Assembly (NCBI GenBank): GCA_030141605.1
Contig: JAQGDQ010000061.1
Coordinates: 307,496 to 371,495, forward strand
Source of the DNA: Tubiluchus corallicola
Lineage: Eukaryota; Animalia; Priapulida
Direction: 5' to 3'
DNA length: 64,000 bases
Shown: in pieces, positions 1 through 13,600 of the stretch
Layout: every line of letters starts with the position of its first letter
Numbering within the stretch: the first letter of the stretch is position 1
Made by a program: the position numbers and the translations under genes
The notes under the pieces: generated by a model
What the model was told of the DNA's origin: nothing
Database searches by the model: none
The model's input: only the letters and a program-made list of their open reading frames with translations

Positions 1-1699
1 ACACCAACGGTCAAGGCATACATACAGTCTTAAACGAACAAGATTTATAGCTTACATTTATAGCTAGTATATTTTTTGACTCTAGACTTAGTCGAGTTGA
101 CTATGCCAAAATGTTTATCTCACTGAGTAAATTGGTATCGCTAGAAGTTTCTTATTTCTAGAGTCACTAAGTCAATATTATAATTGTTTGTTTAATCGCA
201 TACAATAGAACTAGAATAAAATTTCGACTGTAAACAATTATGCAAGACGTACTGACGCAAATATACAAATTGACGCACTTTTTTGGAAAAGAAGAGGAAA
301 GGGGGAACGAAGAAGGAGGAGGGGTAGCGATTTTTGTAATTGCGACAAATTCTTGTGCAGAAAAAATAATAATGATATTCGGCCAGTAAATATCTTAACG
401 CAATTACTAATCCACGGACATCAGAAGAACAGGATTTATTTCAATTTTTATGTGGTTTCCAACATTGTAAAAGCCTACTACAATCCTAAAAATTTACATG
501 CTACTCAAAGTATGTTCGCCGACACAAATAGTGTAATGTCCTTGCTTGTCGAAAGTTCTACACGTTTTAAGCCGGGGCTCGTTTTTTAGCAAATTAACAG
601 CTGTATAATCTAGGGCAACACTCTATAGCAGTTTATTGCTCTTTACAGCCAAACAAAAGAGGAGTGCAATAAAAGAAATAGAAAAAATTTGTATTATGGC
701 CATAAAGAGTTCTCCAGTATATATGTTATGACTCATAGGATCATAAATCGTCTTGTACTACGATAAAAGAAATCTTCGGTGACATTTTTTATGATATCCA
801 CAGGCGCCTATACTGTGTAAATTTTTGCTCATCACTTTTTACAACGCTGACAAGCTGTGACAGCTGCGGTATTATACGATATTAATTTCATTTAATAATT
901 TTATACGTATAAAATACGCTTTTACGTCAGCAAGTTTTTCAAAGTATCATGATAAAACTTCGAAAATGTATGGCAGTAGCGAAAGATTGTTGAATTGTCC
1001 CTGTTCTTAAATCGCTATTTCTTTTTTTCTAAACATTTTATACGCATTGTAATTTTTTTAACAATTAACCATGTAAGCAAATAGAACGGACAGAAAAGGA
1101 AATTATTGTTTACATACATGTACATCAAAATTGCATATAATGCAATATTTCCATGATGGTTCATACTTGGTTAGTATATTAAATAGATAATTTCATATAA
1201 ATAAAATTAAACAAATAATAGTATTAAACATTAGTAGTATAAAGTATTTACAAACAATAACGTACGAAGTAAATTTGAAAGAGGAGTTTAGTTCAACGAA
1301 AGGGCGTATTTTTCATTGTTAATAATTATTAGTTTGCCTATAAAAACGACATTTCTGATCCACATCGGAATACAACATATGAACAACTTTCAGTGCAAAA
1401 TTTGGCATCCCTCGGGGGGGGGGTGTCCAGTACTTTTCATGTTTTACCTGGCAAACACACTTAAAATCCAACATTATCCAACCGAAGATAATACTTGTGA
1501 TACTATATGGTGTGATTACCACCATAACTTTCTACAACACATTTTTGAACCTCTGCTTTGACTCCTATCGACCAAAATCGTATATAGATTATATAAATTT
1601 AATTAACGGAAACGTCTTCACATACCTGAAAGTACCTTGTCAGCAGTTTAAAGTTTGTGATTACCTCATGTCTATCAAAAGAACCGATCATTAATGTTG

Positions 1700-3275
1700 A
1701 AGTGCTTCTACTTTATACTATCATTGCTTTACTTAAAAAAGGAGACCCACCAGACCCTAAGAATAATAGGCCCATTTCGTTAACAAGTGTTGCTTGTCAT
1801 GCAAACCTGTGTGAAAAATGAATTATTGCAGCATTTCTTAGCAAATAATTTAATCACTAAAGCCCAACACGGCTTTGTCAGAAGGTGTTAATGATTGATG
1901 TAATTTGTTGGAGTAAAAGTAAAAAACTTGAGACACTGTACATTGATTACGCCAAAGCTTTCGATAGTGTTTACGTTCTAAGTTATTTGTTAAATTGCGT
2001 AGTTATGTTAACTCTGGTAATTAGCATGACTGGATCAAAAATTTTCTGCCAATCGAATACAGCGGGTCATGCTGGAGTCTCGGGCACCCCACAGGGGCTG
2101 TACATTGGGACCCCGTTGTTCGCTTTATTTATTAGTGATTTACCTGAAGTTCTTGATCCTGTTACCTGTAAACTATATGCTGATGATTTGAAAATGTATG
2201 CTTCATGTACCGACCATTTATTATTGCGTTGTGCTATTGACCAATTAACAGACTGGTCCTACAATTGGCAACTTAATATAGCTGCGCATAAGTGCACCAT
2301 CATGCTTCAATCCTGTTTTTCACTATTCCCTTGACGGTTCCCCTCTTACCCCTAGTAACGAATATAATAGCTTAGGCTGCAGTATCGCCTGACTTGAAAT
2401 TCTCGGCACATTGTAAAACCATAGTTTCTAAGGCATTTCGTATAGTAAATATGATTTTTTGGTGTTTCTACACTAAAGACAAAAATGCACTTTTGACTGC
2501 TTATAAAGCTTATCTGAGTCCCTTGTTGGAGAACTGCTCTAAAGACAAAAATGCACTTTTAACTGCTTATAAAGCTTATCTGAGTCCCTTATTGGAGAAC
2601 TGCTCGTCAGTGTTGTCCCCGCACCATATGCAAGATATATTTTTCTCGTAGGCTGTACCAACGATGTCAGTTTAATTATGTTTCTTACTTAGACCAGACT
2701 ATCGGAATTAAAATTGCAGTCACTCGAATTAAGATGTCTTGTCTCTAATATTAAGATGGAATACAAAATTTATCATAAAATGGTTGGATTTAAATTTTGA
2801 TGTTTTTTCCAGTGTGCTTCAACCAATCAATTGCGTGGTCACAGGTTTAAACTGTTTACGTCCTTTTCGAGATTAAATGTCATAAAATTCTAATTTACTA
2901 ACAGAGTTGTAAGCATTTGGAATGCTCTGGATTCTCATGTAGTTGATGCTACTAGTTCGTCAGTTTTTAGCAATCGATTAGCTAATGTTAATTTACTGCC
3001 TCATTGTAACTTTGTAAGATTGTCATAGGTCTAATTGGTTCTCTCCAAACCATATTATCGTATAAAATGTATCGTATATATTATATAATTCATATTTAGT
3101 TACATTTTATTAGGAGCCTTTCAATGAGATTTTCAATGTATTCAGTTTTAGGGTACTGCTTTTATAGATTTTATTTTTGCGCCATTTCATGTTTTACTGG
3201 ATCATGTGCCTGCTGATGTCTTTCTCTTATATCATTTTAATATACGCATAAATGCTAATAAATAAAAAATAAAAT
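1700..3275 (+). mobile_element. Decayed CR1-type non-LTR retrotransposon (3' part of ORF2 reverse transcriptase plus tail)
   Basis: Frameshifted RT motifs in the expected order: KKGDPPDPKNNRPISLTSVAC (~1735), QHGF, YIDYAKAFDSV, SGTPQG..GTPLF, KLYADDLKMY, WQLNIAAHKC, AYKAYLSPLLE, LRGHRFKL (~2831), FTNRVVSIWNAL (~2894). A-rich AATAAA tail at ~3258-3275. 5' boundary approximate. Confidence 0.85.
2475..2606 (+). repeat. Tandem duplication of a 66-bp unit inside the LINE relic
   Basis: aaagacaaaaatgcactttt...ggagaactgctc occurs twice head-to-tail, giving KDKNALLTAYKAYLSPLLENCS x2 in ORF 2394..2651. Confidence 0.9.
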
Positions 3276-3710
3276 TTAAATCATTAATCGAGCATATTTA
3301 AAAACGGGTTTGTGCTGTTAGTTAAAATATAAATTATGGTAATGTTATAGTCAGATTTACAGTACAACAGATGTTTCATTTTTCACTAATCAAAAATTGA
3401 CTTTTTTAGGAAAACGCACTGAGAGAAATTTCGAAACAAATGATCTTAGCCGTTTTAATTAGTTGCATTATTAACGTCTGAACTTGACTGAAAGTTGTAA
3501 AAATAGTAGCAATTAAAAAAAAACACAGTTTGTTTCTTTTGTTGCCACGTCTTCGATAATTCGTGAAAGAAATGGATAACATTTTTTCTCGCTCTTGTTA
3601 TTTTTAAAATGTTGCTTAAAAAGAAATACGTGACTGTTTATTGTTAGCGATGATTTTGGTGTTTTTTCAATGTTCTGTAGGTTAAAGGTCGGCGTAATTA
3701 TTTTTTTCAG

Positions 3711-6700
3711 TGCCTCCTGATTATGACGTTGTTCTTCCTGGTTTCAACATTTTTTCATTCACCCAGAGCGAAGAGGGTATGTTAAACATGCGCGTGAAGG
3801 AAGCCCTACTATGGTTCTACGTGAAGCCATCAACTGTCCACCATGGTACAACAGTCATAGTTAGCATATCCATAATTAGCAGAAAGACGAATCCGCCCAC
3901 AAAAACCATGTACAAGGCGCAAAAAGTGATCTTGAAAAGAAAGGGAAAGTGGTACAAGGAGGATATTAAACCGTTGGTTGCCAGGTGGTTTCGTCAATCG
4001 TTGAAGTATTATGAAATATCGATAGAAGCCTACGACGAACATGGCGAACAACTTGTCGTAAACGCACCTCATCTCAGTGATAGTCCTGTTGGAAGTCAGG
4101 TAAGTGACGTCGTTTTCAACTTTTAAATTTTAGAATTATACATGCTTTTCAATATTAGAAGCCAAATTATCTGGTTACAACTGGTTCAATTCTATATGTC
4201 GTATATCAGCTATTTTTTACGTTTAATGTGAGTTTTTGATTGTCACCACATTTTAAATTAAGCGAAACTTTCATTTTTAACTTTCAAGTGTAACATTTCC
4301 ATACCACGGCGTAAATTGCAACTTTTACTTCCCGCCAATATTTTACTTAATAAAGAGTGAATGAAATTTTTTTGATAATAATAATGACTGATAAATGTCT
4401 TACATTTATTTTTAATTTTTATTTAAGATTTATTTCGTACATCAAAAAAGGAAATAGCATTTTGCGAAAAGTTAAGCACTCATCTGTCTAAAAGCTAACA
4501 GATAAAACAAAGGCTAACAAATAAGAAAATTAACTAGGCTACGTGTTTCAAAAACATTAACGAAACATTGTTTTTATTAAATAAGCTCGAGGATAGATTT
4601 TTTGGGAGAGTTATTAATATGAAAATATCGTTTTGCAAGTCACTTGTTGTCATTGAGAAATGTTTTAATGAATGTCGTTCGTTGCAAGGAAAGTATAAAT
4701 TATGCTACTCCTGTGTGATCTTAATTAGTGTGTCTAGTGACAGGTTCCGAAATAATATAGCCGCGTCATTCCAATAAAAATTTTATGCAGGGTTGCCATT
4801 CTTATTAAAAAAGCTTTGCTGTGCTACCTATTTCTTCCTGCTGTCACACCTTGGTCTCCAAGGGATTGCTACTTTTTGTATAATAATGTTAATTTACTAA
4901 TTAACATTATTAGACAAAAAATAGCAATCCTTTGGACCTCAAATGGTTTTTCGGTTGACATTTGCGTGGTCCACTAATTTTTGTGTGGTGGTAACTCGTC
5001 TGTTCAGGTGAGTCATTGACCAGTGGATCTTACATCTTGTGATTCTTTGACTGATTGTCCTTTTTTCCGTGGTGGTCTTTTAACTGTTGGTGTTTTGTGT
5101 GGTTGTCATTTGACTAGCGGTCCTTTGACTGATAGACCTTTGACCTAAAACGGTTGTTAACCGTTAATCATGAAGAGGCACAAAAATTCGTTCGGTCGGC
5201 TGGAACAGAATATTGTGTTAAGTTGACGCTGTGCCAGATTAAAATGAGGCTTTGAGACTTACTCACCACCTGATAATGACCTATTACTATAAAAGTGGTC
5301 TCGGTTCCTAATTACTTTCGTACTGTACTGTTTAATATCGAATTTAAGGTAGAGGGATCACGCTGTGATAGTTTGTTGCTGGTTATTTTATGTTTTGGTG
5401 TAGTTAGCTGTCAATTTGTCCCACCTATATCAGTTATCTTTTTAGCTCTATCTTCTAAAGTTAATAATTTGGTGGACGTAAGGAAAAGGCCTGTCACTAG
5501 CAAAAAGATGTATATAAAAAAATCAGCGATGAACTAGATCTTTCATGTAGATAAAAAAAAAACGGTGGTCCTAGCATGGATCCTTGTGGCAAGCCACAGT
5601 TTATATCAAGCATATAAAATGCGCACGTACAAGCTCTGCCAAATTTGTTATTTCACGTGCGTTTTCTAAGTCGAGTGGACCAAAAAAAAATTCAGAAAAC
5701 GAAAAAATCAAAACATATAACGAAAGTTTGTCGTAACGTCATTGTTACTAAGCTTCTGATTAAGTTTTTGTCAAAGGAAATATCCAACTCACTGAACTTT
5801 ATCGTAAACGAAACTTTTGCATTTTAAATGTAAACTTTTGCAATCTAGGATTTACTAAGTTGAAGGTAAATGAATAATTATTTCTCAATCGATAAGGCGT
5901 GTAGCAATTTAATTTTAAAAACTTAAAGTAACATTTTTTAAATTGCAATTATTATGGGTTCACGAAATTGAAAGTTGTGGTCGGAACTTAAGCAAAGATT
6001 CGACGCTCACACGTACAATATACATTCGTAAGGCATCTGTTGGAATTTTTGGGAATTTGTGTATTCCTTCGCCCTACTTACTATCCTTTTGGCATCAGTC
6101 TAAAGAAATCTTAGAACGCTCTTTTTCAAATGATTATTGTCTTAGTTTGATCTTTTTTAGTTTTTAAAAACATAGTTATTGAGATTGTGATTCAAAAATT
6201 GATAATAGTAGCCTTTATTCTTGTAATAGTCGGATCTGATATTTACAGTTATCATTCCTACAAGAATTAAAAATGTTTCTACCCATTATGTTCCTTGTGC
6301 ATTAAAATCTGAAATTTTTCTAACTTTTGCAGCAACCCTGGATAGAAGTCCATTTTCAAAAAGGCAAGACACGAAAGCGTCGGTCCCTGGGTATTTTCTG
6401 TGATGAAAACAGCCTAGAAGATCGCTGTTGCCGCTACAAATTGAAAGTAGACTTTGCTGAATTTGGTTGGGATTGGATAATCAATCCTAAATCATATTAT
6501 GCCAACTTTTGTAGTGGCGAGTGTCCATTCGTTTTTCTACCGAAATATCTACATACGCATGTAGTTCAACAAGTCAATCCAAATGGTTCAGCTGGTCCGT
6601 GCTGCACTCCTGTAAAATTGGATAAGTTATCTATGCTGCACTTCGACGATGATGAGAATATTATGTATGGCGTACTAGGAGGAATGATAGTGCAAACATG

Positions 6701-6713
6701 TGGATGCGCTTAA
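3711..6713 (+). CDS. MSTN: Myostatin/GDF11-like TGF-beta family ligand, 3' exons (first exon not found; probably upstream of the window)
   Basis: Exon 3711-4099 (ttttcag| ... CAG|gtaagt) encodes prodomain (ALLWFYV, GKWYKEDIKPLVARWF, ISIEAYDEHG). Exon 6333-6713 (ttttgcag|) has furin site RKRR then SLGIFCDENSLEDRCCRY..FAEFGWDWIINPKSYYANFCSGEC..HTH..GSAGPCCTP..MIVQTCGCA, the 9-Cys myostatin/GDF11 pattern. AATAAA at 6825-6830. Confidence 0.93.
4858..4935. repeat. Near-perfect inverted repeat (37-bp arms, 4-nt loop) followed by degenerate ggtcatttgac-type tandem repeats; probable MITE remnant
   Basis: ccaagggattgctactttttgtataataatgttaatt-tact-aattaacattattagacaaaaaatagcaatcctttgg; 3 mismatches between arms. 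Confidence 0.8.
5300..5600 (-). mobile_element. Short decayed LINE RT fragment in the myostatin-like gene intron
   Basis: Minus strand reads CGLPQGSMLGPP then IYMKDL and a degenerate LFASD (RT PQG and FADD motifs). Boundaries approximate. Confidence 0.55.
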
Positions 6714-9700
6714 AGGAGTTAAAGTTAAAGCAATGCCTGTTCGAGGAGAAAGATTACCTAGGCCTACATACATTCCCAATGACATAACCACCCGGTTAAA
6801 ATAATATTGTATTAGTACAATGTGAATAAATGTCCAGGCAGGCATTAAGAAGGATTCGAGAAGAAGATAGCACCTACTTGCATTTGATTAGATTCGGCGG
6901 TGTGATGGAAGAAGTGATTACTCAGTTCAAAAGACCAAATGGAAATGGTTAGTGATAGTATAGAATGGTGAACATCCGCGTGGAGGTTGCTGCACACATA
7001 GAGACTACCCAAGATCCTGAACCTAAGGTAACTATTCAAACGTGTGCATAGGTACAAGTAGTCTGTAAACGTGCAGGATACAAATTTCCGGCCTTTTTAT
7101 GGTAGTGTAACTAGTGTTTTGCTGACAGAAACATTTTTAAAAATTCTGTGATTTAGATCAATAGGCAACTTATAAAGACTGGGATATTTTAATCCCTGTC
7201 GTAGTATTACCATGATGGAAATGAATTTGAAGAAAGAACATCGGGATTGTTGAAAATCTCTGCTTAAGTGGGTGCAAGCAAAGTGTGTTCAGATAGAAAT
7301 GTGATGACAAGACGACATGCCTTTTCTTGTTAGATTTAAATCTACGCTATAGTAATGTAGATGGAACTTGGATGTTAAGTTTTGGTTTGATGTCAACGAA
7401 TTGAGAAAACTTCCTGTTCCTTGTGTGATACTAATGCAGCTTGCCCAAGAATCGTCCTGTAAAATATGTTTTCACGTCTGATTGTAAAACCTTCAGCCAC
7501 CTTTCTGTAGCGCCACATTGCTTTGGACGTTCTCAGGTAGCTTCAGTATTAGTAATTATGTAGAGATTTTCGCGGCTTTACCGATATTTTTTGGTCTTTT
7601 AGGCGTTCAATTACAGACGCATCCTAAATCTATAGAAAAATGGCTGAAGTCATCTAAAGTGCAAATAGTCATGCAAAAACATTAAATTTTTTAACAAATG
7701 CGGACAAATGTTCACTTTCTTTTATTTCGAATTTTGAGGATTTTCATCGAGCAATTTAAAGTAAATTTTTCCCTGCATTTCGAATCCATTTTGTTGATTT
7801 TTTCAACGATGGCCGTCAGCGTCTTATTTTGAAAAAATATTTTCATCTCTTCTTGAAATTTAAAATGATTTTGCGTGGCATTTTGTAGTATGATCTAATG
7901 AATTTTTTGCAAGGTATTTTTAGTTTTTGAGCTTTACTGACGAAACAAAAATGTATGGTTTCATGATGACAGTGAGCCTTTTCTAGTTTTCTGCCTTTTT
8001 CCAGCGTAGTAAGTTATTTAGCTGGTGAGAGAGTTAGTCTGTTGCACGTCTAAAAATTCTTTAATTTATAAATTACTGTTAATTAGAAGCGAAATGTAAT
8101 GTAATAATGGACAGTGAAATTATCAAATTTGTTTGAGTTTTGTATAGCACACCCGACGGTTTCAAAAGTTAAAAATGAAAGTTTTATTAAAGTAGTTGAA
8201 TAAAGTAAATGTTTTACCTCATTTTTTATCTTGTTTTAGAATTTTTGAAATAATATTAGTAAAAAAGAAAATCGCGAACAACGTCATTCGCTTTGATATT
8301 GTGTTAGTTAATCTATAATTTCATATAAAAACGTCAACTATAAGTACATTGACTCATTACCGCAATCACAATTTTATGGAAAGCCTAATTTTATATAGAC
8401 GTATTTAAATTAAGGATTACTATCAATTTAAGTAGGCTTTATAATGCTGCCGCAAACAATTAAATTATATGCTATGTACAGAATTGTTGTCTTTCTCGCC
8501 AGCTTGAATGCTAGTTATATAAATGATGTGATATTAATGATATCATATTATTAGTATGATATTAATTTACCATTCGTCTTTCTTATAGGTATGCTAAATA
8601 TCTTAATACACTCGTAATTAATTAGGTCCAGCCTTACATTTGTTTCGTCAGCTTAGGATAACTTTTTCAAGCATAGCAGTGAAGAGAAAATTTTAAACAA
8701 CAACAATAACATAAATCTAATTCATAATGAGAGATTAAAGAAGAACTGAAAGTAAAATTCGTATTTGATTGTTAGATATCAATACCTGTTGACTGTTGTT
8801 ATTTGATTCGAAGTTGATCAATAAGTAAAGTTATAAGTGATGAAAACAGCCATTTTATTCTGCAGCAAATTAATCACTAATAAACAAATGAAAGTTTGCA
8901 TTAAATTTCGAAATGTTTATAACTGCCAATGATACTTTTATTATATCACGTTTTTCTACTTTGCTGCTTGACTGTACAAAATGAATTGTTAAATTAATAC
9001 TTTACTTAAAATTAAGACATTTCGATTGTAGTGTCTATCATTGTCATATCGTATTGTCAAATGCACTGAAAATTAAAATATTCAAATTACACTGTTGCAT
9101 AGATTAAAAGTAGCAGTCACGAATTTGTATAAAAACTGTACACAGATGAATCTGTATAAATTCTGTCTTTCAGAAGTAAGGAGTTTGTTAACATAATAAG
9201 AAGAAAAAACGAAATTTTTAAATATGTTAGATTAATAAACTGCTAAAGAATTTTATAATTAGAATATACTTTATGCGTCGCTGACATTCTGAGTTAGTAA
9301 ATATGTGTAAATTATCAACTGAGAAAATCAGCCGCACAAATTATATTATAATTATTTTCCAGCAGTTTTAAAATCTAACCTATTTAAAAATAATTTAAAC
9401 TTCTTATATTAGCAAAGCTCACACGTCTGAAAGAAAAAACACACAGCTACATTTAACCTACACAACAGTGAATTTTGAATATTTTAATTTTTCACGCGGT
9501 TAATAATGACAAATCTTTACTATTGAAACGTCTTGGTTTATGTAAAGAGATGACGCATCGTATTTGATTTTATTAGACAGTTAACAGGCAATCTTATGTA
9601 TACAATTCAGAAACTAAAATTAGGTTTGGTTTAGGAAAATTAATGTTTTACACTATAGAGTACGTGTAAATTGGTTATATTCACTGCCCATTCGCTTTAT

Positions 9701-10461
9701 TTACTTATTTATTTGTTGAAAAATCCAATAAATGCATCCTGCTCTTCCGAAATACGTAAATGACAGAGGCACATTCACTGCCCGTATTAACTGTAGGTAA
9801 TAATAATTTATCTTTATTTGGAAATGCAACACAATGCAAAATATCAATTTGTGTTTCTTAATGTGTAATATAATGAATGTGTAATTCATCTTTTATTCAG
9901 AGGCTTGAGGGAGCTGAGCAAGGCTTCGCTAGAATAAATTTGGTAAAGATATTGAGTGGATATGGAAGTTTATCTATTTAACGGTAGCCAACGAGATACG
10001 TTTTGTGTTTAGCACGGTAGCAAAATAAATAGCAAAACAACAGAGCTTTGAGCTTTTTCTGGATATTTTATGACGTTCCATAACTAAATCCGTGAGCTCA
10101 ATTGTATACATTTTATTGATTTCGATGTGCAAAATTACATGCTTGTTTACTGGCACACAATTTTTATGGTTTAAATATTCCCAAGCAACTCTGTGAGTAT
10201 CTGATTGATTATTCTAATAAGATGTCGGTCTACGTATAATTAAGAGCTAGCTACCGTGTTTCTGTTTATTTGCCTATTTATTATTTAAGTAGTGTAGACT
10301 AGAAAATAGCATTGTTGTTATTGTTAGGTTCTATCATAAATATTTTGTATTTAAGGAAACACGAAATGTGTCATTTTATAAGATTATGTAGAATAAAACG
10401 AATATAAAAACGTTTCTTTTAAAGTTGAATCTTTTGACTCAAAATAGAAAGAGGGTAGAGT

Positions 10462-10650
<189 letters not shown>

Positions 10651-13600
10651 CAGACGGACAGACTTAGAAGGGAGGAAGAGAAACCACGACTGAGAAGAAA
10701 ATGAATTAAACAATGTGAATAATAAAACTGAGTATGTAGGAATAGTTTATTTAACTTGGTCAACTTGTTTTAAAACGTGGTACGAATGAGCCCTAGGCAA
10801 CAAGCATCCAGTAACTCTGGTTGGATTTTTGCAGCGTTTATTAAGCAGCTGCGAGGTAAAGTTGTGAATGACAGACAGCATTTTGACATGAACAGTCATC
10901 AGCATCATTAACAGCTAATAAACTGTCAATGTACTTGTCAAACTATGCATGTACATCCAGGGCAGGGATTTTACAAGCGTCCCAGACCCGGAAAGGTTAT
11001 CCCAGTAGTATCCGTGTTTCTAGGGAAAGAGGTGTTACATCGTGATGCCCACGTGGTTTGTAAAGCGGAAGATCCGCTCAGGGAAAGCGTATATTGAAAT
11101 TGCAGCCAGCAGCTATATTGCTCTTAGTCAAGTTCTAGTTCGAACCTTTCTTTATTATATGCAGAGCACGGACAAGTTAATGCTTAATATACCAATGTTT
11201 TCTCATTTACAATACGTCTTTAACTAACTCCATGTATTTAATTACCCATTATACTTTTCAGGTGTATGCATTATATATATTTAGTATTTATATATATAAA
11301 TAATATAGTATAGCATTTTCTATACAAAATGACTATAGAATGCACGAACTAGAGATACAAATTATTACAGTAATGATAAGAAAGTTCGTACTTATCTGTA
11401 CATTATTGTGAATGTGTATGGTGTACAACTATGTTTTAGGTTTGTTTTTGTACGTCAGTTGAGTATGAGTATGATCTCTACACTAACGTGAGAGAACAAT
11501 TTGTCATGAAAGTAGTCAAGTACCGTGGCTTAAATGATTGATTAGCAAGTCCAAGCAAAGAATAGGCTAGCCTCACAGTATTAACATAGATCTGTAAATT
11601 TGTGACGTGTAATAGTAAACTGGTCCTACCTAAATACATCGCCATCATGGAACAATTGTCAATTATTGTTTTACGTAAAGCGTCAGAAATTTACCACGTA
11701 CGCAGTCATGCTAAGCACGTTATTGTCATCTGTAAGTTACAAGGGAGCAATGAACGTCTTTACGTGCTCACAGAAACTACCGAGTTTTTGCGTAAAGACC
11801 GCCGCATGAGTCAACGTCTCTCATTTAATTAATACAGGTGATGCAGCTTCATTCACAGACAGAAATAGTGTCCTATACACAGTGTATTTATTACAAAAAC
11901 AATTCCCACTCATGGTGCTGCTGTACTCACATACTAGCTAGAATAAATGCAATAAGAACTGAGTTTTTTCGACTCGCTAAGTAGGCACATTTAATAAGGC
12001 CTGTCTTTCGGGAGTTTTAATAACGTCATTTATATGAACGACAAAAGTTTAGTTAACTTAACTAACCTTGAGAGTGGGGAACATTAATCACATAATAATT
12101 TGTTAATATATACATACGAGTGAGCGAACAGGGATTAATAGAAACTTACATATTTTGTGCATAATATAGATAGTATGTCACATGATGTTCATTATTTATG
12201 CAGCACGTGCGGTGCTTGCTAGGATGTTAGGTAGATGTAGGAGATGTGGTACCATATAATGACGTTTTGGTTTTGAGCTTGACTTTAAGTAAGAGTGGTC
12301 AAGCAATCGCGGTTATGATTGCATAAAAGTTGACTAAAACATTAGATTTTAATGAAAAACTCCGCGGTACAATGATTGAAACATTAGCAAAATCAGTTCA
12401 AAAGCTACTATAGAGAATCAGCGGGTTATAGAAATATTGTGAATTTCTTGAGCAGACGTGCGGAACACCCAAGTTTTTCAGTGGTGACGTTGACAAAATT
12501 TACTAATGCGTAGTTTTACCTCGCATTCGACCCGTAAGGCGACCTTAAAGGAAACCTGAAACTAAACACGTTAATACAACTCCGCCAGCCAGCGCAAAAT
12601 AAAATAAACACTGGCGAGTAAAAACCAAGAAAATAACCAATATTTGAATTAGGCGTGACGAATGACAACCACAAACGCGAGGATCTGCCATTATTCTCAT
12701 ATCATCAATATCAGGAATCCACAATGCTGTCTTGATGAGTTTGTTGGGAAGTAAGAAATCGACAGATGAAGAAAAGGATACATACGTTGGACACGCACAG
12801 ATTATGGCACTTTTTGATGGTGCCGGTAGGTTGATAAAATTCATCGCGTCATGAATAAGCGTGGAGGGGGATTCGGATAAAGATTGCCCGAGGAAAACGC
12901 TACCTAGCAATTTCTGTATACACATAAAGCCTAAAACGCCTATCTGCAGGGAATTTGTAAACCAGCAAATGCTTCCAATCTATACGCCCAGTAAGTCCTG
13001 TAAACAAAAAGTACAAATATGTAAACAAAAGTTGAAACGTTTAAATTACTTAATGGATGATTTCACCATTTCTTCCCAAGTCCTAAGAATTCGTCAACAA
13101 ACGTGACCCATTTTTCAGAGCGGAAATTGTACTTTGTATTTTAATTTCTAACAACCAGTATTAACGAATTTTTTTTCAAAATGCGAAGTCAAAGTTATCG
13201 TCAAGTCAAATATCAGTATTTAATTAAAATCAAACTTCTAGACAGAAATGTCAGATTTCCAAAAAAAAAATTTGTAAGCCCAAATAAACATATAAACTTA
13301 TAATAAGTTCAAAACATACACAAAACCCCTTATTTGGGTTTATACGCCTACTTTATATTGATACATAAACCTCCAAAATGCGAGAAATGCATTTTACATC
13401 GTGGCTACTCCTCGGACCCATTGATGAAACGTATTTCGCGTCCCAGAGCCCTCCTCACAGGTAGCACAGGGCGCCAGAGAGTTAATCTGCAGTTAATAAT
13501 CTGTATCATGACACTGTCACTTAAGTTATGACTTTTGTTTTGAAGTTAGTAATCTTGTCGATTATAATAGTTATTTCACACACTTTTCTGACAGGGGTTA

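Noticed and set aside
6845-7300. Long mostly open minus-strand frame behind the myostatin-like stop
   Set aside because: No recognisable motif or splice structure; could be UTR or an old repeat.
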